This document shows positions 1 through 15,753 of a DNA stretch of 64,000 nt, piece after piece. Position numbers and translations under genes: made by a program. The stretch covers positions 3,348,001-3,412,000 of the forward strand of contig NC_134025.1 of the NCBI RefSeq assembly GCF_964204645.1, given 5' to 3'. Position 1 is the first letter of the stretch. The number at the start of each line of letters is the position of its first letter. Origin of the DNA: Tubulanus polymorphus. Its lineage: Eukaryota > Animalia > Nemertea. The notes below the pieces were generated by a model. It was not told the DNA's origin, ran no database searches, and saw nothing but the letters and a program-made list of their open reading frames with translations.

Positions 1-3000
1 CGATTTACAACTGAACGGACAATCTAGAAGAGGAGAGAAAAATACAGTAGCCGCTACAAAAATAAATCGCACACAATTTACAGAAAATCATTATCGGGCC
101 TAACCTGATCCATAGCAATATGAGTGCAAAGAACCTCTGGTTTTTCTTGCGTAACACACTCGTGGAGAACCAATGACATTAGTTGCATCATATCATGTTC
201 CTAAAATGAAACATATTTCCAATATTTGTGCCAAATTTTCTAAATCTATTTCTCTATCCTTGAAGCCACTCACTTGTTTATTATCTAAATTACAGACGGC
301 TTCTGCGAACACAAGCACTCGAGGATCGGATGAAAACGATTTGATGAAATCTGGTTTGGCATTTCTCCTAGCAGTTCGATCAGTACATAAAAACTTCGCT
401 AATAAGCTTCGATATCCTTTCGGATCTTCCACGTATGACAAATGTCCAGCTCTTTGTTTGACGTGTAAAATTCCATTGTGTTGCAGAATACTCCTACGAT
501 ACAAGCAATTATTTCATAGTTCGTTAACCCAATCAAATGATAAAATCTTGAAGAGTTACTTACTTCAGATTGCTCCAGTTTTCATCTTTCCGGAAAGCTA
601 TAGGAAGATATCTATCTCCGGTTATTTTAACTTCTTCTAACTGGTCGATTTCTGGCAGAAGACATGGACCGACACACGTGAACCATTTATCCTCGAAATA
701 TTCCGTATCCTGCATTTAATATAAACGCATTTATCATCAGTGTTGATAACTATAACAATAGAAATAATCGAATAAAATTACCTTATATTTGACGTCTAAT
801 GGAATATAACAGAAACTTCCTGAATCAACATCTTTCGGAATAATAACACGAGGCTCAGCGGCTAGAACGTACAAGTGACGGAATGCTTGTAGATGATAAC
901 GATTATCATTGCTGTGAGTCGGAAATTTCGGGAAAAATGCGCACAACATCGCAGCAACTGCTTCCGGTTTCGTACTCAGACTAAATCTATACGAAAATGG
1001 ACAATTCATAATAATAACTGAACTATCGACAAGATGAACGATTTTCACGAAACGAATGCATACCTGCCACCACCTAGAAACAGCAGTCCAATAGCCATGC
1101 TTACTGCTACATACGACCCGTATAATACTGCTGTATGAGATGTACCGACTCTTGAACGCAGATATCGACAAATTCTCAAAACCTCTAAATCACCAGTTCC
1201 AGCCATTACCTACATTCAAACTTATATATAAGTATGATTTTAAGAAACGGGAAATTTGTAGAAATAACCAAACGATCTTACCATAGCTAGAGACAGGAGA
1301 ACCACTTGCATGCAATTTTCTATGACACTTTTACCAGCTTGTTCATACATGGCTGGCTTCGATAGAAAATTAATGAATTTCTTAGTAAACATCAGCTACA
1401 AAGAGAAACGGATGAAATATAATGCTTGCTAAGATCAATCATTTTAACAGGTGTAAAGAGAAGCATATTTACCAAACAGTTATATGCAGATCTGTTGGCT
1501 GAACCAGCAAACCTCAGTCCCATTGCCATACAACATCCAGCTATTATATTCAAGAATGCTTGACTACGAGAAATAAAATAAATTGAAAATATTAAAACTG
1601 AATTGATGTCAGAAAGATTTTGATTCGAGTTCATTCAGTTACCTCATAGTTTCGAAGTCAATATCACAGTCAGGATCATCACGATATTTGGCACAATTAA
1701 ACGCATATTTAGATACAATCTGAAATACAGGAACCATTTTTAACACCATTCATTTCATAATGATTATGCAGTACATGACCTACCTCAGGAAGATGGCTTA
1801 AAACCCATTCCGCTGATGGCAAAATAGAATCCCACATAACTAAACCTTTAGCAATCATCTAAAATCAGAAAAGTTATAATATCTAACGTATGTAGATTTA
1901 CACATTAAGTGTAGAAAATAGATATCATTCGTCTTACTCGCAACATGAGGAAATCTGGCCGAACAAAATCTAGCATGAATTGTGTGTCACAAGCCTTCAG
2001 CCACTCGGCGACAGCCCTAAAATAGTCAACAGAATTAAAATACAACCCCAACTATGAATACTACTACATGAAGTCAATACCTACCTATTATTAGTTCTGA
2101 AGAACATCATACCCAGCGCTAATGTGGCACCGGGAGCAGTAACATCGACATTAACCATATCGCCTTCATTTATTTGATAACTCGGTGATTTAAAGCGTTC
2201 TTTATTCGGTCCACTCAACGGCCGTTTATGACCACCGACCATATAGTTATATAGTTGATCAGCCATGTTGAGATCAGATAGCCCTGTAGCTTCGCTACCT
2301 CTCTATAATCAAATATAAACATAGTTGATGTTTTATATCAAAGACTCACAATAGGAAGATTTAACTACAAAATTCGTTAACCTGGATGGATTCTATTATC
2401 TTCAGCTGGGTCTTTCATATGCACCTCATACAGGGAAACCACTTTCCGCCCATTTACAAATACCCTTTTCCTGATTTTTCCAAGTGATTACCCAAAATTG
2501 AATTGAATGAACCAAGAGAAATTACTAGGTTTAAAATGTTACAATTCATTCATTTTCCAGTGAATGATGCAATGACAAAGAACAGCATTATCCAATTATC
2601 GACAGTCAGGTCAGTCGCCCACCCTGTCATATACTGCAACTATTGATTTCGACGAATGATATGATACTTTTCAATCTAACAGGACAGGTTTACTTACACT
2701 GAGCATCACGAGTCCGAGAGCTAAACCAGCAGCTAATGAGTAAGATTCACGATCCATACAATTTTCCATCTCCGGACCTGGTGGTCGACCTGTATATAAT
2801 AACATTCAGTTATAACTTCAGATTATATCAAATTTCATAAGAATATCAGAGTATGAAAGCAGAACTGCACCTATTTCGGCGAGAAGGACTTCAGCCATGT
2901 GTCGATGCGCGGTACCCTGATATACGAGTCCAACACCGAGCACTGCAGCAACCTGTACTATATGATGAATATCTAGTTCCGTCGATGTTGGTGGTAATAA

Positions 3001-6000
3001 TGCAACGAGATGAATACTGAGTAATCGCGTGGTTGCTACATCCATACTACCTCTCCTATAAACATTAATTCATAGACTGACTCCATGGAAGTAGGCTAAG
3101 GGGTTTTGACGGTTCGGTTCCTAGGATTTCTATATCTTATTAATGATTTGATAATCATTTCACTACTTACTTAGCAGCAGCAATCCCCAATAATAATCCG
3201 ACACCTGTCATTTCATGGCCCTGTTAAAACGATTGTACGAAGGTCAAACAAAGTTAGCGCGATGAAATGAGGCGATATTATAACCACCGGGTACACATAC
3301 CCTACACAAATAGTCGTGAACGTTCAAAGTATCTAGAGTGGATAGATGACCGTTTAAACCAAGAGCCATCAAGAATCCGGCATGTTCATTCGTCATTTCA
3401 TTACTCTTTGGTCGGTTGTACATGATCCAAGTTGAATCGATCTAGAAAACATGAACATAACATTCGCTATTAGTAATGATAATAGATGACATCATCGGAT
3501 CGATATCAAGCGGTAATTACCTGAGATGAGTTAGCGATACGTAAACCAGCTGCAACTCCGTTATGAAATGAGGGCCAGTTTGTCATATTAGCGGGCGTAT
3601 CGATATGAGTTAGATCTATCGTGTTATTCCTAAAAATGTACATCGAATCTGTGAAACGAACCGGTTTATCATCGGGAAAACTGACGGTCAGTTAGTTTAC
3701 CTAGGCGGTGCTCGACCTGTCAGACATAATTTAGGGATTGGTAAAGTCTCAGTTGCGACTGGATGATAAGTTGATAATGTGAACATTCCTCTATAAAGGA
3801 TAGAACATAGAAATATTCATCAAAATGCATCGAGCTTCACTTTTCATCAGAGAATGAATAAAACATTTATATTGGGAAGGCCTACATACCTTCCAATTGG
3901 TAAAGCCATAGTTCGTATGCAATATGAGTATAAACTATTTTCCTGTTCTTCCTTGAAGTCATGATCGCTACAAATAAAATTCACATGGGTTGATATCACG
4001 TATCTTAGAAATGTGATGAACCGACATTCGAACGATGAACTATTCTTACCTGACTTCGGGTCGTTGTACGAGTTCAATCCTAACAGGTTTAGATGACTGT
4101 AATAAACGTCTCGCTTCCTGAACGCGTAAATCTTCACTGAATCTCAATCTCAACAACTGTAACATCGAAATCATTTGACGGATTACAATCGAGGAGCTGC
4201 TCTTGGGAATATCAGATCCAATCAACGGTATTTACCCGTTTATCGAGACAATCCATGCCATCGTCTTCTTCTTTCGTTGATTTGAATTGCCACGACGTGT
4301 CTCGACTAGCTGTACTGATACTACGACTATTCTTTTGTTTACTGCTGATTTGCTTGGATAAATCTTGCCGTCCTAGCATGACAAAATGAACAACATTTTC
4401 AGTCGGTTCATCGTCATCGATTTTATGGTGATCTTATCTTACTTACCGACAAGTACATATGCTTGTTCAGGCCAGTCAGAAGGGGGACTAACTCTCGACT
4501 GGAATATAGCTTCTCGTAAGGGTAAAACTACACCAATAGGTAAATACTCTAAATCCTTCAGCGTTAAATCTGCGAACAACAAAAAACATCATTAATAAAT
4601 AGAAATTGGAATGAATTGAGAGAAGCACGAATTGTACTTACTCATCTCGCACAAGAAGAGAACTACTCTTTCATGAGGTGAAGCTGTAGCCATCACTTTA
4701 CGAGCTACTACTATATCAACAGCCGCTTGTCTGCGTCCTAAAAAATCATGCATCTCAATTAATGAAACAACTGGATAAACAATCTAAAGTTAAATTCCTG
4801 TCATTTTTTTAACCTACCTGCTGCTGAGATGCGTCGGAGGTAACATTCCCAGTTGATATCCGTTGTATCTTCTTCAGCAAAATACACTACATACGCCTGA
4901 AAATCAAACACAGAAAAATAGACTTAATTTTCCTCCAGCTAAAGTGGGCAAGGACGCAAATATTACTTACAGCAATGATGTTCTTGATTGTGACATTAAC
5001 ATTTTGAAAAAATGGAAACGGATCGACGCGTAAGCGCTGAATGTGTGACAGTAACCACTGATGTATATTAGGAGGTTCAGAACTCAGAAACGACGGGTAA
5101 TTCAGTAACTTCAATTGATCTGAAAAAAATCACATTCTTATGAATAATAATTTCAACTGATAGAGGAACGAATGAATATATAAATATATGACCAACCGTC
5201 GTGTATCTGGCGAGCGATTTCAACAATTGGAGAAAGTTGAGCAAATTCTCGGCAATAGAGATCTACATAATTCGGTAAACACAACTCACTGTAATAGAAT
5301 CCTAGTTAGCAAATTTACATCCTGATCATTACCTAAAATACATGGTTATATTGTATACTAACTTGGCTAATTGGCACAAGGCAAGACAAACTGATTTCAA
5401 ATCATCATGAAATAATGTGTTCATTTTCAACTCCTAGAAAAAGTAATCATAAAATTTGATCAAATGAGGCCAATTAAGAATCATCAGATTCAATACGTTC
5501 GGAACTATTTACCTCATAAACAACATGAAGAGCATAGAATAAAGCGGGAATATGTTGAAATAAAGGCGCTGTGACATCAATACGACCACCAGATGGCGGA
5601 CGATTCCACGACGGTATTTCCTGCAATGGATCCAATCCGAGAAGGAAATCCTGAGATACCATAAATGACTGATGATACGGACTGTTCGCTAAATATTCCC
5701 AATCCTGAAATTAATTCAAAACTACTGCTATATAATAAACGTATAAATGTGGTCCTCAAAATACTAACAGTTAAAATGAACACTGACCTCGTTCGAACCC
5801 TGATCAGACGGACGCGGCTTTTTTGCAACTGTTACCGGCGAAAGCGACAAATCTTGGTCCTGTAAAAAGGAAACCATGCACTGAAAGAAACCTTCCGCGG
5901 TACCTTACGATTCAATAACACGAAACAAACCTACTGAATGTGTAATGATAAATTGTTCAGCGTCAAATCCCATCAGACTGAGCAAACATTTAATAAATCT

Positions 6001-9000
6001 ACTCCACTCTGACTGACTGTTTGCAGACCCCGGAGCATTTAATGTTGTATACCATTTCAGTATACTTTGCATCGCTAGATCGCGAGGTAAAACTTGCTTA
6101 ATAGCCTCCAAACACAACGACACTGTAACAATAACCAATATGTTTAAGTATGATTAGATACTGACAAAACCAAGTTCATATGGATTAAGAACGAAATCTA
6201 TCAGTCAAAAATTAAAACTAACAGTCTTTTAATTCAAAGTCGTTTATGTTTTGATTATAACATATCTTTTGATAAATGAATTCTGTTCTTAATTCTCTAA
6301 ATTTGTATCTAGTGAGTTTTCATTGCACGATTGAATGACATACGCTGTATAGATCTATACTGACCAATAGGTGATGTCGATAATGAAGGCAGAGATGTTC
6401 GCAATAAAGTACCATTTCCCATCTCCTAAAACCGACCAAACATATTAAAACATTAGGGGTGTAATTCTCGGGAGTTAATGAAACCTTAGTGCATCGATGT
6501 ATCGCCAAAGTGGCCATAACCGCCCCGGTTACGGGCCTGTTGATGCAGTTGTTTGTTTACGTACCAAAGTGAATCGTTTATCAACGGGATCTCGTAAACA
6601 ATGAATTGTTGATAACGTATTGAGAAATGGGAATTCTTCCGTTAATGACGACGAGTTCAGTAAACTTTGTGACGATTCGTTTATTTCTGTAGGAACCGGC
6701 GACAGCATATTGATCTGTAATACGCAGTAGTAAAACATCAAAAACATTCCTTGCTAGAATATCAGATTGCTGAATGAATGATGACTTCTTCATAAATACA
6801 CACCGGTAATTCATCATCTATTCGAACATCAAGAGCACTCGCCGGTCGACTGGATGTCATAACTCCTTTTGAAAATGGACTCTGTAAAGCGGATAGACTG
6901 GGTCGTCCAGCTGTCATTGAGGTTGAGAGTGATGGGCATGGTGCTCCCATTAAATGTATCTTATTCACCTGAAATAATTACAAAAACATTTATTTTGTAT
7001 AATCATTTTAGGTTCAGTATTTTTGAAACTCTATCTAACTAATGCATATCTAAATATCTCTTGTTTTGTTACCTTCTTGATACCACTGTATAGAATCAAA
7101 CTTGAATCTGAATCCAGCACTAGCAGCATAGATAAACTCTAGAAACAAAGAAAGAAAACTTATTCATACGACAAGGCTTCTAGCTACTTAGAATTCAGAA
7201 ATATGTATATTCACTGTACCTCAAGAGGAATGGCATCTTTTGCCTGGATATTATAAATACTTCCGAAGATAAGTTGACTCTGATCATTACTTGCTTCGAA
7301 TTTCACGCATCTTGATAATCAATTATTAAGAATTATTCATAAATAAATAATAGCGAAATAATACAATATGCAGTAAATCTACTTACTTCAAATCCTGTCT
7401 ATTTGTCAGCATACATAGAAATGTCTGTCCACAGAGGTCAGTGCTAATAAAACATTTCTTTGCTCTGCTGCCGGAATTCCTACAAATCAATCAAATCTAA
7501 GATTTATAAATCAGTTAATTAGTGGAAATATCTACTGGGGGTGATCGACTTGTAACAAGTTACCTCGAAGTTGGCTCCATCCAGATTTGTTCAAGACAAA
7601 TATCCGGAGTCAATGGTTCTCCGACCTCGGTAGAGCTATCATTCATGATCGATACATTATGCGACACAGGTGTCCGAGTAGCTGCACTAGGTGTGCGCGC
7701 AGCAGCCGCACCAGGAGTGTTCATTAGATGAGGAGGTGTCTGATACCGTAACATTCCAGATGTGCTCATACTGAGACTGGGTGACTGCTGGGAACGACTG
7801 AAATGGAAACAATACGAAATGATGATGGCGTGATGAGCATATACGTCTTATATCAGTAGATCTTTTCTGAATTTTAAATTTCAACTGAAATGTAGAAGAC
7901 ACTGAATGCGAGTAATAGCAACTCGTTGAACTTTACTTAGATAAGTGGAATCCTCAATTGCCATAGTAGCGTTGGAGGTTTCCCATTCATTGTAAATTCA
8001 TGTTCAATTACCTTAATCCTAAATGTGAAATTCCTGGACTGAGCGAAAGCCGCGAGACAGGAGAATTAAGACGACTCGTTTGACTGCGGAACGGCGATAG
8101 TCCCGGTGACTGACTGGATATGGTTAATTTTGAATGACTTGTACTGGAATTAATGCTACGACTCGGACCAGGTGTAGCTGTAGCTACAGTACTCGCGTTT
8201 GTTCCTTCTAAAACATTCACCGACATAAAAAACACCTCCTGCAAGACACAGCAAAAATAATGAATAATTTGAGTATGAGTGAATAAAGTAGAAAATTGAT
8301 TATCAGCAGCGAAGAATGCATTACCTCAGGTTTAGCTTTACGAACTCTCCACACTGTATGTAATCCAAGGACTGAATCGTAGGTGACAGCTAAAGATGGT
8401 TCAACATTCGTGTAGACAATTTGATTATTTGCATCAGAAAAAAACTGAACTTTGTTACCGCTTCCCCCGCCTCCAATTGTTCCTGTGAAAATAGAATTTC
8501 GTAGTAAGGAACCGAGTCATTCCTAAATAAGGAGATACACGTGGTTTTCATACTTACCAGCACCCCGGGTAACAACAGGAGCTATCTCATCGAGGGGGTG
8601 CATTAAACTGAACATGATAGGTATTGAACTATTAGCATCGGATCTATCTTTATCGGTTTTACCAGGAATTCGTTCCAGCAGTATCCCGTGTTCGATAGAC
8701 CATATACTCTGCACCTACAATATTTAGGTTTTACATTATTTATAAATCCCCCGAACTTATGACGCAATGGATCAATTCATACCTGAAATGGTAAAGCTGC
8801 AGTGTAATCATGTCCATCGTTTGTAAACACATGTAAACTGTTCTGTTCTAAAATACAGACTCCTTTCTGTAAATCCCCTGTAAATAGAATTTAGAATTGT
8901 TATTGGAAGATGTAACGGTGTTATGGGGTAGGTCCACCGATGACGCCTATTGAAAATCAAGTGTCTTGCTCTTTGAAAATGGCAGCCAAATCTTTAAGTA

Positions 9001-9740
9001 TACCGCGATGACATTCCACCACTTTCTTGTTAGTATTGTGAATATAATTATTTAATAATTTTTTTTGGTAAAAATACTACAAAAGAAAACTTTATATTTT
9101 CTACTTGCCTTCAAGCATTGGATTAGGCTCCAGTGAATCGAAAGGGTGACTAGGAGGCAACATGAAATTAACCCATAATGCCTGAAACAAAAGATAAAAT
9201 CAAGCATTAATTCAATACGCTTTAAACACGAAAAAATCGGAATAACTCTTGATGCATTCATCAAACTCACATCCTGAACATTAGAATCTAAAGTAAATGA
9301 CTTCAATACAACACGATTTGACTCTTGACTTCCTCGACTCCAAATAACTGTACGACCTTGGATATACAACTCTTCATCGCACAATTCACCTTTTTCGTTT
9401 GAAGATCCTCGGAGTTGCCAAATCTCTTTCTAAATTCACAAGAAAATGAAATTATATTCACAGGACTGACTGATGAATTCTATGACTGAGAATCAGGAAC
9501 TGTAGCTTCAGCGAAAATTTAATATCACATATCAGTATTGTTGCTGATGTTCATGGTTTAACTTACTGTAGATTTGCATTCATATAAAGATATATCGCGT
9601 AGAGCTTGAACTAATGGTAATCCATCGGTATTTGAGGATTGACAAGTATTGCGTATTTGTAGTTCAACTTCACCGGGATGATGTTTATAATAGATGCGTC
9701 CGAACGGTACAAATTGTTGACTATCACGTGTCGTAAGCAT
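1..9740 (-). CDS. ANAPC1: Anaphase-promoting complex subunit 1 (multi-exon; 3' end lies beyond the left window edge)
   Basis: Exon translations match APC1: N-terminus MLTTRDSQQFVPFGR, EELYIQGRTVIWSRG, PIMFSLMHPLDEIAPV, PC-repeat segments LGVGLVYQGTAHRHMAEVLLAEIG and VTAPGATLALGMMF, and FPKFPTHSNDNRYHLQAFRHLYVLAAEPR. Dozens of short GT-AG introns. Confidence 0.96.
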
Positions 9741-10744
9741 CTCTCTTTTATCATCAGCCAGTCTGAATATAGTTTCCTGTCGGTTTACTTCTTGAAAAAT
9801 GTTAACCTGTAAAAATGTTCAGAATAGTGATGATTGATGGAGTGACTGCAGTTTTTGTGTCCCTTCATGGTTTGCTTGTTTGCTGACTGTGAGCTACCAA
9901 ACCAAGGATGCTTTTTTGTACCTCTCTCTAACCAGCCTAACCATCCATAAATCTTTTCAATAACATTAGTATAGCAACACACAGTGAAATGGTGACCTTA
10001 CCAATGTTTCAGAATTAGAACTCAAAAGATTCATAAAAGTCTGGACGATGACTGAACTGACTAATATATCAATATAAAATAAATTATATTTAAATTGTAT
10101 TGATTGAATTATTCGTGTTTGGTTGAATTAAATATCAGCAAAAGCACTTTATTTATTTGATGAATGGTTTAGAATATCACAATAAGCCTATCATCCATGG
10201 ATAAGCTCGTACATATGAAACTTGAAATATAACTTTTAAGGGATAAACTGACCGTTCCTGTTTATTTTGGGGGAAAAAACAATAATTTGCAAAATCCGCG
10301 AATTCGAAGTAAAATTCCGGATCTGGGACTCGGAATGAGGTTCGACCTCGGTAGCTGGACTCGGGCTACCGACGGCCAACTCTCGTACCTAAATAAGTTG
10401 AAAACTGAATTGACTGAAACGATTAGTTTTAAATCCTTTTATAAGGCACGATTTCTTGCCATATTCTGGGAATTACTTAATACAAATCTTAATCATAAAT
10501 TCTATTTTGAATCTATCATTGATTCTGTCATATCAGAGAAATTTATATTTGTTTTTGACTATTTTGACCATGTCGCAGGTTCTTGTTTCAGATTTGTTGA
10601 TTGACAATGACATATAAACCCACGGTTGACTGGGTTTTCCCTCAGTACTTCCGTGTTCAGTGTTCCGTTCGGTTGTTGCTGCGTTCACTGCGATCGCCAT
10701 AGTGCAATTTACGTAATAACAACAGTACCTTAGCTTCGATCGAC

Positions 10745-13700
10745 ATGAAATCGTGTGTCGTACTTTTAACCATATTTTTGGTTTGCTATACAACTGCTCA
10801 ACAAGATCAGCAACAAGATTTGAACGCGGTACAGCAGGAGAAAAAAGAAAATGACGACAATTCAAGTTTCAAGGACGACAACACTGAAGGTGCCGAAGCT
10901 CAAGAAATTCGGACAATTGATTTGAATGAATTAAACATCTTCAAAAAGAATATCTCAAGTCGACCCAGTAATGAATTGAAAGTGGTGTATTTCTTTTCTA
11001 AAGGTACTGGTATATTGAGTGATTCCATCTTTGGCCTACTTGTAGGTCGTTTTTATTGGTAATTAGAAAATTAAAGTATCTTTTATTTTAGCTGCTGGTG
11101 ATGACAAGTATATACTAATCGCGATTAAAGAGTCTGCCCAATATATGAATGGGAAATATGATATTGAACTATTGCGAGTAAGTGAAAATCTCCAAATTAC
11201 ATTGGTTAAAATAAGAAGGCTGCCAGTAATAAAATTGTATGAAATTCCAAAAGTGTAATATAATTGAACTGAAATGTCTATTCAAAGTTTGAATATTTTG
11301 GTGGATTACTAATACTCCTCCAGTCTAAAGAAATAAATTTTCTTTTTTAGACTTAAAGTAGTATGTGGGATTTTATGTTTTAATACCAATATATATTCTG
11401 ATTTCAAGTGATTCATATAGGGCTGATATTTTTATTCATTTTGGGCACTTCTAGTATGACTGTGACAAAGAAAATGCACCTGAATGTTCAGAGGAAGATG
11501 TTTTTATTAATTTGTATGTCTATCGGTAAGTCAAGAATCTTATCAATTGAAAAAATACTAATATCCCGTTTCCAAATAACAAAACTTCGACTAGAATTTT
11601 ATATGATAATTGATTGTTTTGCAGGCAAGGTAGTAAATTAGTTGCCCTTGGTGTTGATACTATGTTTGATTTATCATCAATTGTTGCAAACTTGTTACAG
11701 TAAGTATTTTTCATTCAGATTGACTGAGTCAAAATCGCTGGAATTGCTGGAATTTCAGTGTCAAAATTGACCATTTCAGACTGTATGTTTTGGATGATGT
11801 TAAGATATTTAGGTCTTTGGCCGATGCTCAATACATTGAACCCAGAAGCAGAGCTGCCAATCAGAATGCACTTATTGCGTATGTGCATTCTTTTGGTACA
11901 TATGGTAAGAACAACACCATAGTTCAATTTGAAATAGTTTATAATGATTATATAAAGAAATTGATGTAAAATCTACCGCTCAATATAATTGATATTTCTA
12001 TTATCTTACAGAACATATGCATATTCTGGAAACTATTATTGAAAACCTAAAGAAAATGAAATTTGCTGTGACAACAACTGTTAAAGCTGTCAAGCATATG
12101 CCGTAGGTGGCTTTTACATCGTGTTCATTAATGATTTATCCGTACATTATTCAGTTTGTGATCTCTACATCATTACCACACTTAAGCCTGAATAATAATT
12201 CAAAATGATTGATGCATAGATAAGTGTTAACTGCGTTGCACAGGTGTCAGGGATAAGTGCTCTTTTTACTATCATTATAAATTGATGATTTATATGTAAA
12301 TAGAGCAATATTTTATGTATTCATCCTCAGCTGGAACACCTGGTCGATAGATTGATCGAATTTTATATTCGTTCGGAGGCTCTTAGATTTCTAATGAATA
12401 ATTCAATAGATATGGGTTGGTTATATGTGGAATCCTGAATTAAGTACGATAATATACGTGTACTTCACTGATGGTTAGATGAATATACGAAGAATTTAAG
12501 CTAGACGTTTAAACACTATTAGAAAGATATAGTGTGTATTGAATTGCAGGCTTTCTACTTGAATTGTCTCCAGTAATAACACGTGAAAGCAATAATGTCC
12601 CTTTTGCACTCATTTCAACTCGGTATATCAGATCCAGTTCAGAAACCTGTATGATATTACCTTTCAGTGAATTGAAAGAAGGAGCTGACTTCCAATGCTG
12701 GCTGATGATGTGTAAGGATGTAGCGGCTGATGAGCCTTGTAAAATGATCAAATATAGACTGCCCATGGATCGAGAAATATTTTCAAATTTTGTTAATACA
12801 AGCTACAAGCCTTACGTGGTAAAGATAAGAACTATTTTATGTTATCTATTCTTAACTAGAAATACTACTTGTACCGATGTTTCATTTTTGAATATTTTTA
12901 GGTCAAAGTGAATTCTATTGATGATATAAACGCTAAACTGTTAAATGATCCTCAAGATGAAGTTCATATACTTCATGCTGGAACAGAATCCATCGATCAA
13001 TTATATCCTATTGCACTGAATATCAGTCACTTATATTTTGGTCAATTAAGAGTGGTTATGATTGATGTGTAAGTTTCTAAGAGATTCTACTCATACTGCA
13101 AGCATTATCCTTCAAAATGTGACTGAATTCTATCACCTTTATTGTAGAAATAAAGTTAACATTGAACATCTTGGTTATGACATGACAAAAAACCGGCAAT
13201 TCCCTTCAGTTGCTTTGAACAAACTTAACGAGGCAAGTTCCGATCCTTGATAATTATCTTACCATGTCATCTTCTTTTAGTTGCTCTAATAATGATGTGT
13301 TCTAAAATTGAATATTTCTAGTCAATGAAGAAAGAAATGGTACATCGTTTCTCAGAAGATAACTGTCTCAAATTCATAAGAAGTTCTTTTTTCACAAAAA
13401 GCAAGAATACTATTGCACTGGATAATTTAGAAGAAAACATCTTTCATGATGGAATGGATGGTAAGATTTGAAAAACATCTTGTTTGGATTATTTTGAAAT
13501 AGTAGATTGATCCAGTCTGCATTATTCTTAAAAAGTGTCTACACTGTGGATACTTCTTTAAACAGCTTTTTTTTGTATTAGTTGTTCAGCTCCAAGATGA
13601 TGAAGTAATACTCGGTATGATGTCATATGGTGAACCAAGAGTGATAGATATTCAAAATCATTGGCCAAGGTTGACAGACAAAACATTCCCAGAAATCATG

Positions 13701-15753
13701 AAGGACAACATTCATCTTGTAACATATTTTGTATCATGTAAGTTCAGTATCAAGGAGAGATAAAGATATCACATCGATGTTTCTCAATTGTAGTTAACTA
13801 TGAATATTTTCAGGGAGTCAATCGAGTTCTGCCTTTTTGAACTCCTTGATTGTCGCCAATAAAATGTATCCGAATGTGATCGACTCAGAACATGTGTCTA
13901 CAGTCGATTGTTCAGATTGGACTGACATCTGCAGTAAAGAGAATATCACCAAATATCCAACTGTGCAGATTTACAGTAAAGGCAAAAAGTTACAATATGA
14001 TGGAATGCTCGATGGTAAATCTGCGTTTTCTGCTATGAAGCTGTAAGTGGAAACTTGTATCATGCTACACAGAGTTTGTGTATGTCTAAATATTAATCGT
14101 TTCTCGTGTTGAATATTTTAAAGGTTCGAGCGATCAAATCCATTGATACTGAAATCACAGAAATCAATCGATGCATTTATTAACGGTGAAACCCCGAGCG
14201 ATTTGAAAGAATTTTCAAATGTAGCAGTTTTTGGCCACTTGAAAATGCATTCTAATGGTAAGTGTACTTAAAAGATTTTAAACCAGATTACAAGAATTGT
14301 TTCGTTAAATTGTGTTTCTGTGATATTTTAGAGTTTAAGGCGTTCATTAGTCTTGCGGAAAAACTTCACGGAAAAATGCTATTTGGTCTAAGCGTTGATG
14401 AATCATCAACAAAAAGGTAAGTCATCTCTTGTCAATCAGATGACGCATGAACAATTGATATAAAATATAGAATTTAACATTTCTTTTATTTTGTTTATGA
14501 TATAGCTGTGAGAAGTTTGGCGCTTCCTATCCATGTATAGTACTATTGCATAGAAATGATATACAGTCATTTGTTGTTTTTGATGGTACACCTACTGTCG
14601 ATAACCTTCTGAAATTTGTGAGAAAACAACAATTACCACTGTTTGTAAGTCACATTCATTTTCTAATTGGTTGATAATGATAAGCAAACAGATGCATTGT
14701 ATGATGCGGCAAATTCTTCTATTCCAGAGTGAATTGACAACCAAGAGTTTTCCAGTCATGTACAGAAGAGGAAAACCTATGGTCATTTTGTTCACAGACA
14801 TCATGAATAATGATGCAAACTTGTATTCTAAGATGGTTGCCGATATTGCAGCGAGTAGGAAATTCAATGAATTTACATTTGCCTGGATGAATGTGTGAGT
14901 GAATAAATTACAGTGTATAAACTGTAATAGTGATTGTAAACTATATCTAAATATTTATATACGTATTTGTTTAGCCATGAAGTTGATGGTGTCGCTACCA
15001 GGATTCTTGAAATGTACATAAAGGAAATTCGTATACCATCAGTAGCTTTATTAAACAAGAGAAGTGTAAGTTATCGAAGCTTTTAGCTATTTATTACAGT
15101 GAATTGTTTTAAGGTTTTCACGCCGGCGTACTTAAAATTTTATAGAACGTGGTATTCATATATGAAAAATCGATGTTAACTGAAACTGGACTTATTGAAT
15201 GGTTAGCTTCTGTTAGGGATGGAAAAATAGAACCAAGTGGTTAGTACATCTGGCAGCTCATGAAGATTCCGAATATTTTCTATGAATTTGTATGTAACAG
15301 ATTTTAGTTCCTTTCCGTATTTCAGTTGTTCTTCAAAAGCATCAATTCAAACCGTTGCATCCTGGTTATGATGTTAATAGATTGAAGTTACGTAATTATG
15401 AAACGGGAGAGGTAGATGATAATGCTCTGTATAATGCCATTCGTGAGTAGTTTTATATTTTCAAGAATAACAAATAATTTGTAAGCAGTTCTTGTCTTAT
15501 TCACTGATTCATCTTTTTACTTTTGTAATATCGAATAGAAGATCAAGAGGAACATGGACCCCGATATTCTGGAAGATTTAAAGGCACTGGTCGTGACTAT
15601 GAAAAGGAAGAAGAAGAGACATCAGATCCTACAACAAATGATGCACCGGATAATCAGATAAAAGCGGATATTCAAGATCTGAAAAATGCTGGTGTATTGG
15701 ATGATCCCAAAAAGAAACCGATGGGCGACAATTCAAATCATGAAGAACTGTAG
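10745..15753 (+). CDS. TXNDC16: Thioredoxin domain-containing protein 16-like ER protein (PDI family, multi-exon)
   Basis: Signal peptide MKSCVVLLTIFLVCYTTA; thioredoxin-fold segment VDCSDWTDICSKENITKYPTVQIY...YDGMLD characteristic of TXNDC16; last exon ends ...DNSNHEEL-TAG (KDEL-like ER retrieval signal) at 15753. Confidence 0.8.

Noticed and set aside
173-640. 155-aa + strand ORF
   Set aside because: Antisense to an ANAPC1 exon.
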